A DNA stretch of 64,000 bases. It comes from Candidatus Limnocylindrales bacterium (GTDB lineage: Bacteria; Chloroflexota; Limnocylindria; Limnocylindrales; CSP1-4). The stretch spans positions 64,003 to 128,002 of the forward strand of contig JBBQJL010000002.1 in the NCBI GenBank assembly GCA_038325875.1. The letters are read 5' to 3'. Position 1 is the first letter of the stretch. Every line of letters starts with the position of its first letter. The notes beneath the pieces were generated by a model that was given only the letters and a program-made list of their open reading frames with translations, had not been told where the DNA came from and did no database searches. Positions 27,235 to 35,678 of the stretch are shown piece by piece. A program made the position numbers and the translations under genes.

Positions 27235-28041
27235 ATGGCGAAAGCAGCCAAGAAGCAACACGCCGACGACGCCGATCGCGCGTTCCGGAAGGCCTGGAAG
27301 CTGCTCGGCCGACTCGAGCGTCGTCTCGAGCGGGAGCGAGCCGAGGAGCGGAAGCGGACTCGCCAACTTGGCGAAGGAACCGGTCCCGACGCCGAAAGGC
27401 GATCGGTCCAGCTCGAGGCTGCCCGGGTCGAGATCGCCCAGATCGAGGGGCTCCTCACCGAGCTGTCGGAGCTGATGGCCGCCAATGCCCGGGCGTCCTC
27501 GGGGCAGACGGTCAAGGACATGGCGACCGCGGTCGCCGCCGAGATCAGGGAAGAGGCCGCCGAGCCTCCGACCCTGTCGACGCGTCGCCGCAACCGGCAT
27601 CACCGGCCACGTCGTCGACCCGTTGAAGCCGAGGCGACCGAGCCACAGCCGGAGCCGGAGCCCCAGCCCGAGCGCCAGCCCGAGCCGCAGCCCCAGCCCG
27701 AGCCGCAGCCCCAGCCCGAGCCGCAGCCCGAGCCGGAGCCCCTGCCGCAGCCGGAGCCGCAGCCCGAGCCGCAGCCGCAGCGCCAGCCCGAGCCGCAGCG
27801 CCAGCCGCAGCCCGAGCCGCAGCCCGAGCCGGAGCCCCTGCCCGAGCCGCAGCCCGAGCCGGAGCCCCTACCCGAGCCGCAGCCGCAGCCCGAGCCGGAG
27901 CCCCTGCCCGAGCCGCAGCCGCAGCCCCAGCCGCAGCCCCAGCCCCAGCCCCAGCCCGAGCCCGCGCCCCAGCCCGAACCACGGTCCCGGGCTGGTCTGG
28001 GATCGTCAACGAACGACGAGGCGTCGGCGATCGAGGAGTGA
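27235..28041 (+). CDS. orphan protein: basic coiled-coil N-domain, polybasic patch, (Pro-Glu/Gln)n repeat
   Basis: GGGAGG lies 5 nt before ATG 27235. The N-terminus reads [16 protein letters not shown], followed by [13 protein letters not shown] and then about 115 aa of strictly alternating P-E/Q. The stop overlaps the ppx GTG (GTGA). I recognise no family. Confidence 0.6.
   Translation: MAKAAKKQHADDADRAFRKAWKLLGRLERRLERERAEERKRTRQLGEGTGPDAERRSVQLEAARVEIAQIEGLLTELSELMAANARASSGQTVKDMATAVAAEIREEAAEPPTLSTRRRNRHHRPRRRPVEAEATEPQPEPEPQPERQPEPQPQPEPQPQPEPQPEPEPLPQPEPQPEPQPQRQPEPQRQPQPEPQPEPEPLPEPQPEPEPLPEPQPQPEPEPLPEPQPQPQPQPQPQPQPEPAPQPEPRSRAGLGSSTNDEASAIEE
27640..27980 (+). repeat. imperfect tandem 6/12-nt (CCNGAG/CCGCAG) coding repeat with 36-45-nt higher-order units
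   Basis: The gagccgcagcccgagccggagcccctgcc block recurs about 4 times. The region is free of stops in several frames on both strands, which explains the track ORFs 27485-28243, 27545-28216 and 27600-28091. Confidence 0.85.
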
Positions 28042-28973
28042 GCCGAGCTCGTCGCGCTGCGTCGGTCGATATCGGCTCGACGTCCGTCCACCTGCTCATC
28101 GGCGATCTCGACGACGGAGCGGTCGACCCTGTCCTCGACATGTCGGAGATCCTGGGCCTCGGTGGACGGATCGCCGCCTCAGGCGTGCTGGGGCTCGAGG
28201 CTCGAGGCGAGCTCACCCGGACCCTCGCGATCTACGCCGATGAAGCGCGCCGGCTCCAGGCCGAGGCGATCGTCTTCGTCGGGACGGACCCGCTCCGACA
28301 CGCCGCTGATGCCGGCCGCGTATGTCATGAGATCGAGCGGGCGACCAGCGTGCCGGTGCACGTTCTGGATCAGGCCGAGGAGGGCGCCCTCACGCTTCTC
28401 GGCGTCACCGGTGGGGTGGTCGATCGTGACCTCGCCATCATCGACATCGGGGGTGGCAGCACCGAGATCATCGTCGCCAAGGCTGACGGGACCACCGATG
28501 TCGTGGGACTGCCGCTCGGGGCGTCGCGCCTATCCGTGATGGTCGGTGTCGACGACCCGCCGAGCCCGGCCCAGGTCGCCGCGCTTCGACGAGAGGCCGA
28601 CCGGATCGTGGCGGCGGCACCGGATCTCGAACTGGGCGACGTCGTCGCCGTCGGTGGGACCGCCTACGGGGTCGCCCGAGTGGCGACCGGCCCCGGCTTC
28701 GGCGAGCGGATGGTCGACGCGGATGGGATCGCCCATGCCGTCGCGCTGTCGGGCAGCGAGCGTGCCGACCGGCTCGCGGAGCTGTTCGGCCTGAACCCGC
28801 GCCGGGCCCGGATCATGCCGGCCGGAGCGGCGATCGTCGCTTCCCTGGCGGCGCGCTACGGCATCGACCGGATCCGGGCGTCGGAGCAGGGCATCCGGGA
28901 GGGGATCATCCGAGCGGTCCTTCGCGACGGTCCGGCGTGGCGGGACCGGCTCGTCTGGAGCAGGTCCGCCTAG
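28038..28973 (+). CDS. ppx: Ppx/GppA-family phosphatase (short, actin-like ATPase domains only)
   Basis: It has the phosphate-1 loop [13 protein letters not shown], the [10 protein letters not shown] block and the phosphate-2 loop [10 protein letters not shown]. At 311 aa it lacks the C-terminal HD region of long Ppx enzymes. Confidence 0.85.
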   Translation: MSRARRAASVDIGSTSVHLLIGDLDDGAVDPVLDMSEILGLGGRIAASGVLGLEARGELTRTLAIYADEARRLQAEAIVFVGTDPLRHAADAGRVCHEIERATSVPVHVLDQAEEGALTLLGVTGGVVDRDLAIIDIGGGSTEIIVAKADGTTDVVGLPLGASRLSVMVGVDDPPSPAQVAALRREADRIVAAAPDLELGDVVAVGGTAYGVARVATGPGFGERMVDADGIAHAVALSGSERADRLAELFGLNPRRARIMPAGAAIVASLAARYGIDRIRASEQGIREGIIRAVLRDGPAWRDRLVWSRSA

Positions 28974-31051
28974 AGCGTCGCGATCGTCCGTCCGAGTGCG
29001 CGACGGAAGGTCAGGCCGGCCACGCTTCGCCATGGGACGCCGACCGTCCGCCTAAGGCGGGTGACCTCCCGTTCCCGAGCGACGAGGTAGCGGCTGATCG
29101 CCGACGACTGCGTGTCGGTCAGATCCCCGGCATGCTCGACGAGGTACGCGCGGGCCATGTGGGCGCCGATCTCGGCGTCGTTCATCGCCCCGAGGTGGTC
29201 CTGGAGTGCGACGACCCGCGAGATGAGGGCGGGCGCCTCGGGACCGAGTGCCTCGCGCACGAACTCGAGGGTGTAGCGCAGGCGCTTGGCCTCGATCCGG
29301 AGCATGTGCAGGGTCGGCACGTCCGCCCACTTCAGGACGGATTCGTACGCTCGAACTTGCTCATAGGAGTTCCAGATCCGCGAGCCGGCGGTGTCGCGGA
29401 CTCGATGCGGACTGGTCGGATCGACGTGAATGGCATGCATCCCAGGGGTGAGGACGAACTCGCTGTACTCCTCGACGAACCGGCGATACCCGCTCGAGTC
29501 GAGCTCGTGGACGAGCAACTGTCGTCCCGCGTCACGCTGCTCGCGCCACGAGTCGATGAGCGGGTCGAGCCCGTCGTGCTCACCGCCCGGCAGGGCGGCC
29601 GCGAACGTCACGGTCGCCTCGATGAGCACGTCCAGGTCGCGGACCGTCCCGAGCCGAGCCGCGATCGTCCGGAGCCGGCGCTTGAACTTCGCCGTCCGAT
29701 CCGGCCGGAAGCCATCGCCGAAGACCCGCCACGCGGCCCGCATCCGACGGGTCGATACGCGCATCGCGTGGAGCTCCTCGAGGTCAACGCCTTCACGCGT
29801 CCCTTCTTCTCGGGCGAGCATCCTGGCGAGGTGGAATCGGAAGACCTTGCGACCGGCCTCCGCGTGGAGGTCGTCCGCCGCGATCCCGGGCGACTTGCCG
29901 ACGGGGATCGTCCCGACGAGCTCGACGTTCGTCGGCGTCCCGAGGATCGGCGCAGGAACGGCCTGAGCCTCCTCGATGAGCTCGGGGGTGTCGTCGAGCG
30001 CGTCGAGGTCGATGACCGCGCCTTCGACCGGTCCATCCTCGGATGGCGGCTGTGGCCTCGTCTTCGGCTCGCGCGTTCGCGGGTGATCGGTCTCGGCCGA
30101 GCCGTCCTGCCGCTCGGCAGCTTCGGCGGTGGGGGTCTCGGCCTTGGGAGGTGCCTCGTTCTCGGGAGGTGCCCCGGCGGCGGGTGCCTCGGCTGCGGCG
30201 AGGGCCGTCGTCTGTCGGTCGGGAACGGCCTCGTCAGATGCCGTCGTCTCGGCGGTCGCCGGCGCGCTCGCTTCGATCGGGGTCTCCGCCACCGCAGGCG
30301 GCTCGGGCTCGGGCTCGGGCGTCGCCCCCGGCTCGGCGAGTGGCGTCTTCGAAGCCGGCCCAGCACGGAGTGCGACCTGCTCGGCTGTCCGCGGTCGTGC
30401 GGCAGTCCGGCTCGGAGCAGGACGCGCTGCCTGGAGAGCGCGGGCCAACTTGGATCCGGGCGCCGCGCTCAGGCCATGGTGGCCGTCGAGGAGGGCCTGG
30501 AGCGGGGCGAGCGCGGCGATCGGGCCGCGGGTGAGCTCCAGCTCCAGCTCGAGGAAGCGTTCGACCACCCGGCCGTGCGACACGACGTCGACCTCGTCGA
30601 GGCTCAGCTCGATGGCGGCATCCTCGTCGAGTAGCTCCAGGTCCCGCTTGCGGCGGAACTGGCGGATCGTGACCAGCTCGACGAGCGGCGCGTCACCGCA
30701 CAGCTCGAGGATGAGCGAGCGCGCGGCCGATGCCGGCCAGCCCGCCGCCGCTGGGGTTCGGTCGGCCGGACCCTCGAGCTCCTCGCGTCGATGGAGCGAG
30801 CCGTCGCCCTCCTCGGTCGACTTGACCGTGACGACCGTGCCGTTCGATGCGGTCCGGAGTCGGGCCGCGTAGCCCGCTCGCGCCAGGGCGCTGTCGGCAG
30901 AGTCGATGTAGCGGTCCTCGTGCTGTGTCGGCCGGGGAGCGCCGACCGCGCGGAACCCGGCGAGGGTGTCCGCATTGAGCAGTCGCTCGCCGATGGTCCG
31001 CTCGGCGACCGTGTACTTGAGCTCGATCTCGAGCGGCTTCTCGACCGTCAT
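28970..31051 (-). CDS. CYTH domain - long disordered linker - CHAD domain protein
   Basis: The N-terminal triphosphate-tunnel signature is EIELKY with alternating basic/acidic beta strands. The linker is about 190 aa and A/E/P/T-rich. The C-terminal CHAD helices include LHAMRVSTRRMRAAWRVF and RLGTVRDLDVL. The ATG overlaps the ppk stop (ATGA). Confidence 0.85.
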   Translation of the reverse strand: MTVEKPLEIELKYTVAERTIGERLLNADTLAGFRAVGAPRPTQHEDRYIDSADSALARAGYAARLRTASNGTVVTVKSTEEGDGSLHRREELEGPADRTPAAAGWPASAARSLILELCGDAPLVELVTIRQFRRKRDLELLDEDAAIELSLDEVDVVSHGRVVERFLELELELTRGPIAALAPLQALLDGHHGLSAAPGSKLARALQAARPAPSRTAARPRTAEQVALRAGPASKTPLAEPGATPEPEPEPPAVAETPIEASAPATAETTASDEAVPDRQTTALAAAEAPAAGAPPENEAPPKAETPTAEAAERQDGSAETDHPRTREPKTRPQPPSEDGPVEGAVIDLDALDDTPELIEEAQAVPAPILGTPTNVELVGTIPVGKSPGIAADDLHAEAGRKVFRFHLARMLAREEGTREGVDLEELHAMRVSTRRMRAAWRVFGDGFRPDRTAKFKRRLRTIAARLGTVRDLDVLIEATVTFAAALPGGEHDGLDPLIDSWREQRDAGRQLLVHELDSSGYRRFVEEYSEFVLTPGMHAIHVDPTSPHRVRDTAGSRIWNSYEQVRAYESVLKWADVPTLHMLRIEAKRLRYTLEFVREALGPEAPALISRVVALQDHLGAMNDAEIGAHMARAYLVEHAGDLTDTQSSAISRYLVAREREVTRLRRTVGVPWRSVAGLTFRRALGRTIATL

Positions 31052-33216
31052 GCCCGCGGGTCCAGCGAGCCGATGCCCGAACCAGGCCGATGCGGCGCGG
31101 CCGCCTCACGCGTCGACTCGAGTGTGATCCGCTTGTGCTCGGCGAACGTGTCGACCGTGCCCTCGACCCCGGTCAGCTCCTCCGTCCGGCGCCAGACCGC
31201 GTCGGTCCCGAGCTGCCACGAGCGCCGATCATCGGCCAGCATTGTTCTGACGATCCCCTCGATCCGGGCGGACGCCTCGGCGTCCTCGATCGGAACGACC
31301 GCCTCGATGCGTCGGTCGAGGTTCCGTTCCATCAGGTCCGCCGACCCGATGTACCACTCGGGCGAGCCGCCGTTGGCGAAGCCGAAGATCCGCGAGTGCT
31401 CGAGGAACTCGCCCACCACCGAGCGGACGCGCACTCGCTCGGACAGGCCGGGGACACCGGGGCGGACCGAGCAGATGCCACGCACGATGAGGTCGACATC
31501 GACACCGGACTGGCTGGCCCGGTAGATCGCGGCGATCGACTCGGGGTCGACGATCGCATTGAGTTTGAGGACGATGCGGGCGTTCCGGCCGACCTTGGCG
31601 AACTCGATCTCGCGCTCGATCAGGGCCAGGATCCGCGAGCGCAGGCTGTGCGGTGCCACGAGCAGGCGTCGGAAGTCGCGCTGACGCGACAGCCCGGTCA
31701 GGACATTGAACAGGTCGGTCGCATCGGCGCCCAGCTCGGGGCGGCAGGACAGCAGACCGAGATCGGTGTACAGCCGGGCCGTCTTCGGGTTGTAGTTGCC
31801 CGTCCCGATGTGGACGTATCGGCGGAGGAGCGATCCTTCACGGCGGACGACGAGGGCGACCTTCGAGTGCGTCTTCAGACCGACCAAGCCGTACACGACG
31901 TGGGCGCCGGCCTGCTCGAGCTTGCGCGCCCAGACGATGTTGGCCTCCTCGTCGAAGCGCGCCTTGATCTCGACCAGGACGACCACCTGCTTGCCCCGCT
32001 CGGACGCCCGGATGAGGTCGCGCACGATGGGCGAGTCGCCGGACGTCCGGTACAGGGTCTGCTTGATCGTCAGGACCTCGGGATCCTCCGCTGCCTGGGC
32101 GATGAAGCGCTCGACCGAAGCAGCGAACGAGTCGTACGGGTGGTGGACCAGGATGTCGCCGAGGCGCACGGCTGCGAAGACGTCGGTCGGTTCGTCTTCG
32201 TCGGGCGGCAGCAGCCGCGGAGGGACGACCGGGGTCCAGGTCGGTAGCTGGAGGTCGGGCCGGTCCAGCCCGGCGATCGCCCACAGCCCGGTCAGGTCGA
32301 GCATCCCGGCGACGTCGTAGCAGTCGGCTGGGGCCAGGCCGATGCCGTCGAGCAGGATCTGGCGGGTCGCCGCGGGCATGCTTCGCTCGACCTCGAGTCT
32401 GACCGCCTCGCCGAACCGCCGGCGCCGGAGCTCCTCCTCGATCGCCAGGAGCAGGTCTCCGGCCTCGTCCTCCTCGATCGCCAGATCCGCGTTGCGGGTG
32501 ACTCGGAAGAGGTGGGCGTCGGTGATCTCCATGCCGGTGAACAGGAGGTCCAGGTTGTTGGCGATGACCTGGTCGATGAGGACCCATGTGTTCGGTTCTG
32601 CCTCGATCAGGCGGGGCAGCACCGGTGGGACTTTGACCCGCGCGAACCGGCGCTCGCCGCTGTCCGGATCGCGCAGCCCGACCGCGATCGACAGGCTGAG
32701 CGTGCTGATATATGGGAACGGATGACCGGGATCCACCGCCAGCGGGGTGAGGACCGGGAAGATCTCGTCGATGAACCGCTCACGCAGCCGGGCGTGATGC
32801 TGAGGCACCTTGTTGTACTTGACGATCGAGATGCCGTGATCGGTGAGTGCCTTGCGGATCTCCGCGAACGTCGTCGAGTGCTCGGCGATGAGGTGCCGGA
32901 CGACGGGACGGATCAGCTCGAGCTGGCGCGCGGCAGACAGTCCGTCGGGCGACTCGCGGGCCGATCGAGCCGCAGCCTGCTGACGCAACCCGGCGATGCG
33001 GACCTGGAAGAACTCGTCGAGGTTGCTGGCGAAGATGGCCAGGAACTTGACTCGCTCCAGGAGTGGGTTACGGGAGTCCTGCGCCTGGTACAGGACGCGA
33101 GCGTTCCAGTCGAGCCACGACAGCTCACGATTGATGTAACGGAGCCCCGCCTTGGTCGGGACGCGGCGAAGTCGCGTCGGGCGGTTCTCGGCCCGGGCGG
33201 ACCGTGCGGCTGACAT
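31048..33216 (-). CDS. ppk: polyphosphate kinase 1
   Basis: It is 722 aa with the PPK1 N-terminus YINRELSWLDWNARVL and the autophosphorylation-region block LVGLKTHSKVALVVRRE. Two PLD-like C-terminal domains are present (HIGTGNYN). Confidence 0.95.
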   Translation of the reverse strand: MSAARSARAENRPTRLRRVPTKAGLRYINRELSWLDWNARVLYQAQDSRNPLLERVKFLAIFASNLDEFFQVRIAGLRQQAAARSARESPDGLSAARQLELIRPVVRHLIAEHSTTFAEIRKALTDHGISIVKYNKVPQHHARLRERFIDEIFPVLTPLAVDPGHPFPYISTLSLSIAVGLRDPDSGERRFARVKVPPVLPRLIEAEPNTWVLIDQVIANNLDLLFTGMEITDAHLFRVTRNADLAIEEDEAGDLLLAIEEELRRRRFGEAVRLEVERSMPAATRQILLDGIGLAPADCYDVAGMLDLTGLWAIAGLDRPDLQLPTWTPVVPPRLLPPDEDEPTDVFAAVRLGDILVHHPYDSFAASVERFIAQAAEDPEVLTIKQTLYRTSGDSPIVRDLIRASERGKQVVVLVEIKARFDEEANIVWARKLEQAGAHVVYGLVGLKTHSKVALVVRREGSLLRRYVHIGTGNYNPKTARLYTDLGLLSCRPELGADATDLFNVLTGLSRQRDFRRLLVAPHSLRSRILALIEREIEFAKVGRNARIVLKLNAIVDPESIAAIYRASQSGVDVDLIVRGICSVRPGVPGLSERVRVRSVVGEFLEHSRIFGFANGGSPEWYIGSADLMERNLDRRIEAVVPIEDAEASARIEGIVRTMLADDRRSWQLGTDAVWRRTEELTGVEGTVDTFAEHKRITLESTREAAAPHRPGSGIGSLDPRA

Positions 33217-33413
33217 CGAACGAGTGGCTCCCGGCGGTGTGGCGACGCATCGGTTTCGATCGTCGATCGGTTCGCGCGCGCGTCGATATGGCCGTCAAGC
33301 GTAGCACGGCCCCCTGGGATCTCCGGACTGGCTCGGACGTCCTGCCCCGGTCGGGTCCGCGAGTCCTCCGTGCAGTCCGTCCGTGCCGAGCGGTCGGCCT
33401 TAGGGCGACCCGG

Positions 33414-33764
33414 TCACTCCTCCGCCTGGTAGCGCCGTTCACCGGTCCGTCCGTCGAGGAAGACCCGTGTCCGAAGCCGGCTGGTGGGATCGACGAAGAC
33501 TTCGTCGGTTCGGACAAATCGGGGTTCGATCGGACCCGGCGGCTCGCCCCCGGCCGGACCAGGTGTCGTGGCAACGCGGTCCTCGGCGTCCGACCGGTAG
33601 CGCAGGCGCTCGAGTCCGGCCGACGCAGCCAGGGCTACGCCGATGAGGATGAGGGTCAGGCCGCTGATGACCGTGCCTCGCCCTCCCGTTGCGAGGATGA
33701 TCAGGCCCCCGGCGATGGTCGCCAGGCCCGACCCGATGAGGATGAGGCGGGCGGTCCCGAGCAT
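33414..33764 (-). CDS. hypothetical small membrane protein (2 TM plus soluble tail)
   Basis: ATG 33764 is the first start after the ybjQ-like stop (33773-33775). Two hydrophobic helices are followed by a charged tail of about 65 aa. Confidence 0.5.
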   Translation of the reverse strand: MLGTARLILIGSGLATIAGGLIILATGGRGTVISGLTLILIGVALAASAGLERLRYRSDAEDRVATTPGPAGGEPPGPIEPRFVRTDEVFVDPTSRLRTRVFLDGRTGERRYQAEE

Positions 33765-33772
33765 CGTCGAGT

Positions 33773-34117
33773 CTACTCGACGCTCGGGCCGGCGCTCGCA
33801 TCGGGGACGAGCACGACGGCGGTCCCGTACGCCACGATCTCCGACATCGTCCCGCCGAGTTCCGACGAGTCGAAGCGCATCGAGATGACGGCATTCGCCC
33901 CGACCAGGGTGGCGTTCTGGACCATCCGGTCGATCGCCTGGCGGCGGGTGTCCTCGAGCAGGCTGGTGTACTCGTGGATCTCGCCGCCTACGAGCGAGCG
34001 CAGGCCGGCCGCGAGATTCCCGGCCAGGCCTCGGCTCCGGACGACCAGCCCGAACACCTGGCCCTTCGTCTCGGCCACCCGCTGGCCGGCGACGTACGGC
34101 GTCGTGGCGATGATCAT
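33773..34117 (-). CDS. YbjQ/UPF0145 family protein
   Basis: It is 114 aa with G.V.GLVVRSRG, GGEI..YT and NAVI.MRFD, typical of YbjQ_1. AGGAGG lies 7 nt upstream. ATGA overlaps the upstream gene. Confidence 0.8.
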   Translation of the reverse strand: MIIATTPYVAGQRVAETKGQVFGLVVRSRGLAGNLAAGLRSLVGGEIHEYTSLLEDTRRQAIDRMVQNATLVGANAVISMRFDSSELGGTMSEIVAYGTAVVLVPDASAGPSVE

Positions 34118-34569
34118 CGGGCGCCTCCTGGTTCGTTCCCGGCGCTGCCGGCATGGCTCGAGTGGTCGGCCGCACCGATCGTCGGGCGGCCCTCCGCTGC
34201 GCGCCGCGTCGAACACGCATCGCACGGACACATGTCGCGCATCGTCGCGAACGTGTAGTAGCCGGTGTGATGGCCGTCGCCCCAGGTCGGTGCGACGGCG
34301 TACTGGCCGACGAGCTGGAGATCGACCAGCCGGGTCTGCTCCGAGGTGAGCTGCGGCGCCGAGTCGAGCCAGCCGGGGAGACCGGCTTCTCCGCGACAGA
34401 ATGCGCACGGGCAGAGCCAGCGCAGGGTCAGTGCGTCATAGGTGGTCCGGTGGCCGTCCCGCCACTCGATGTCGAGCGTCCCGGCGGCTCGATCCGCATG
34501 GATCCGGGCGGGCGTCGCAGCGGCACCCGACGATCCGGAGGCGGTTGTGGGGGGACCCTGGGCAGTCAC
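34114..34569 (-). CDS. DUF971 (gamma-butyrobetaine-hydroxylase-N-like) domain protein with a Cys-rich motif
   Basis: It has LDIEWRDGHRTTY, LRWLCPCAFCRGE and the WGDGHHTGYY blocks of DUF971, plus a second CPCDAC motif. GTG start. Confidence 0.65.
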   Translation of the reverse strand: MTAQGPPTTASGSSGAAATPARIHADRAAGTLDIEWRDGHRTTYDALTLRWLCPCAFCRGEAGLPGWLDSAPQLTSEQTRLVDLQLVGQYAVAPTWGDGHHTGYYTFATMRDMCPCDACSTRRAAEGRPTIGAADHSSHAGSAGNEPGGAR

Positions 34570-34575
34570 GCCTCG

Positions 34576-34581
34576 ATTGTA
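34576..34581 (-). promoter_or_regulatory. candidate -10 box (TACAAT) for a leaderless DUF971-ybjQ transcript
   Basis: The minus strand reads TACAAT cgaggc GTG, so the hexamer sits 6 nt from the start codon. Confidence 0.35.
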
Positions 34582-34697
34582 GGCGACCTTACGCGCGCCA
34601 GGCCTCGTTCGGTGGCGTCCGGCCTACCCTTGGGTCCGGTCCGCGTCTCACCGAACGTCCCGGGGACGGGTCCACAGGTCGCGGGTATGCTCAGCCG

Positions 34698-35678
34698 ATG
34701 GCCCTTGTCATCGACCGCCTGGTCAAGCGGTTCGGTCCGGTCGTCGCCCTTGACGGGATGGACTTCCGAGTCGAGCGCGGCGCGATCTTCGGCTTCCTCG
34801 GCGCGAACGGCGCGGGCAAGACGACCACGATCCGGATCGTCCTGGATCTCCTCCGGCCGGACGAGGGCTCGACCACCTGGGACGGGCGACCGACGGCCGA
34901 GCTCCCGCGCCGCACCTGGGGTTACCTGCCGGAGGAGCGCGGCCTGTATCCGAAGATGACCGTGCTCGACCAGCTCGTCTTCTTCGCCGGCCTGTACGGC
35001 GTCGAGCGCAACCACGCCATCCACACGGCCAACGAGTGGCTGGAGCGGCTGCGCATCCCGTCGGCGGCCGGCCGCCGGACCGATGAGCTGAGCAAGGGCA
35101 ACCAGCAGAAGGTCCAGTTCATCGCGGCCATCGTCCACGACCCCGACGTCCTGATCATGGACGAGCCGTTCAGCGGGCTCGACCCGGTCAACAGCGCGAT
35201 CCTGCGTGATGCGTTCCTCGAGATGCGCGCCCGCGGCAAGACCCTGGTCTTCTCCACCCACCAGATGGAGACCGTCGAGGCGCTGTGCGAGTCGATCGTC
35301 ATCGTGGACCGCGGTCGGGTCGTCGTCGGGGGCCCGGTCCGCGAGGTCAAGCGGGCGTCCGGCCGGCAGGTCGTCCGGATCGCCCTCGACGCGGACGGTC
35401 GGGCGGACGGCCCCGATCACCTGGCCTGGCTGGACGGCTTCCAGGGAGCGCGCTTGACCCGGCCCGGGGCCGACTACGTCGAGCTGACCGTGCCGCGGGG
35501 CGTGGATCCGCAGATCATCCTCCGCTCGGTCATGGAGCGCGGCGATCGGGTCGCCCGGTTCGAGATCGCCGACCCGTCGCTCGAGGAGATCTTCATCGAG
35601 CGGGTCGGGATCCGGCCGGGCGACGCCGAGGACCTGGCGCCGCTCCCGAGCGCGACCCCTGAGGCGGTCCCGTCGTGA
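34698..35678 (+). CDS. ABC transporter ATP-binding protein (ABC-2/NatA-like exporter type)
   Basis: It has Walker A GANGAGKTT, the signature LSKGNQQKV and Walker B LIMDEP. I chose the internal ATG at 34698. Confidence 0.9.
   Translation: MALVIDRLVKRFGPVVALDGMDFRVERGAIFGFLGANGAGKTTTIRIVLDLLRPDEGSTTWDGRPTAELPRRTWGYLPEERGLYPKMTVLDQLVFFAGLYGVERNHAIHTANEWLERLRIPSAAGRRTDELSKGNQQKVQFIAAIVHDPDVLIMDEPFSGLDPVNSAILRDAFLEMRARGKTLVFSTHQMETVEALCESIVIVDRGRVVVGGPVREVKRASGRQVVRIALDADGRADGPDHLAWLDGFQGARLTRPGADYVELTVPRGVDPQIILRSVMERGDRVARFEIADPSLEEIFIERVGIRPGDAEDLAPLPSATPEAVPS

Noticed and set aside
27640-27980. Possible CRISPR array or non-coding satellite.
   Set aside because: The period is 6/12 nt and there are no unique spacers of 25-40 nt. 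The repeat is in frame within an ORF. No cas genes are nearby.
27485-28243. Alternative-frame repeat ORFs in the P-E/Q region: PSRS-type on the plus strand (27485-28243), and AAARAG-type (27545-28216) and GSGCG-type (27600-28091) on the minus strand.
   Set aside because: They exist only because the hexanucleotide repeat lacks stops. They have no RBS or plausible start context. The plus-strand 27235 frame has a GGGAGG RBS, a non-repetitive N-domain and a coupled stop/start with ppx.
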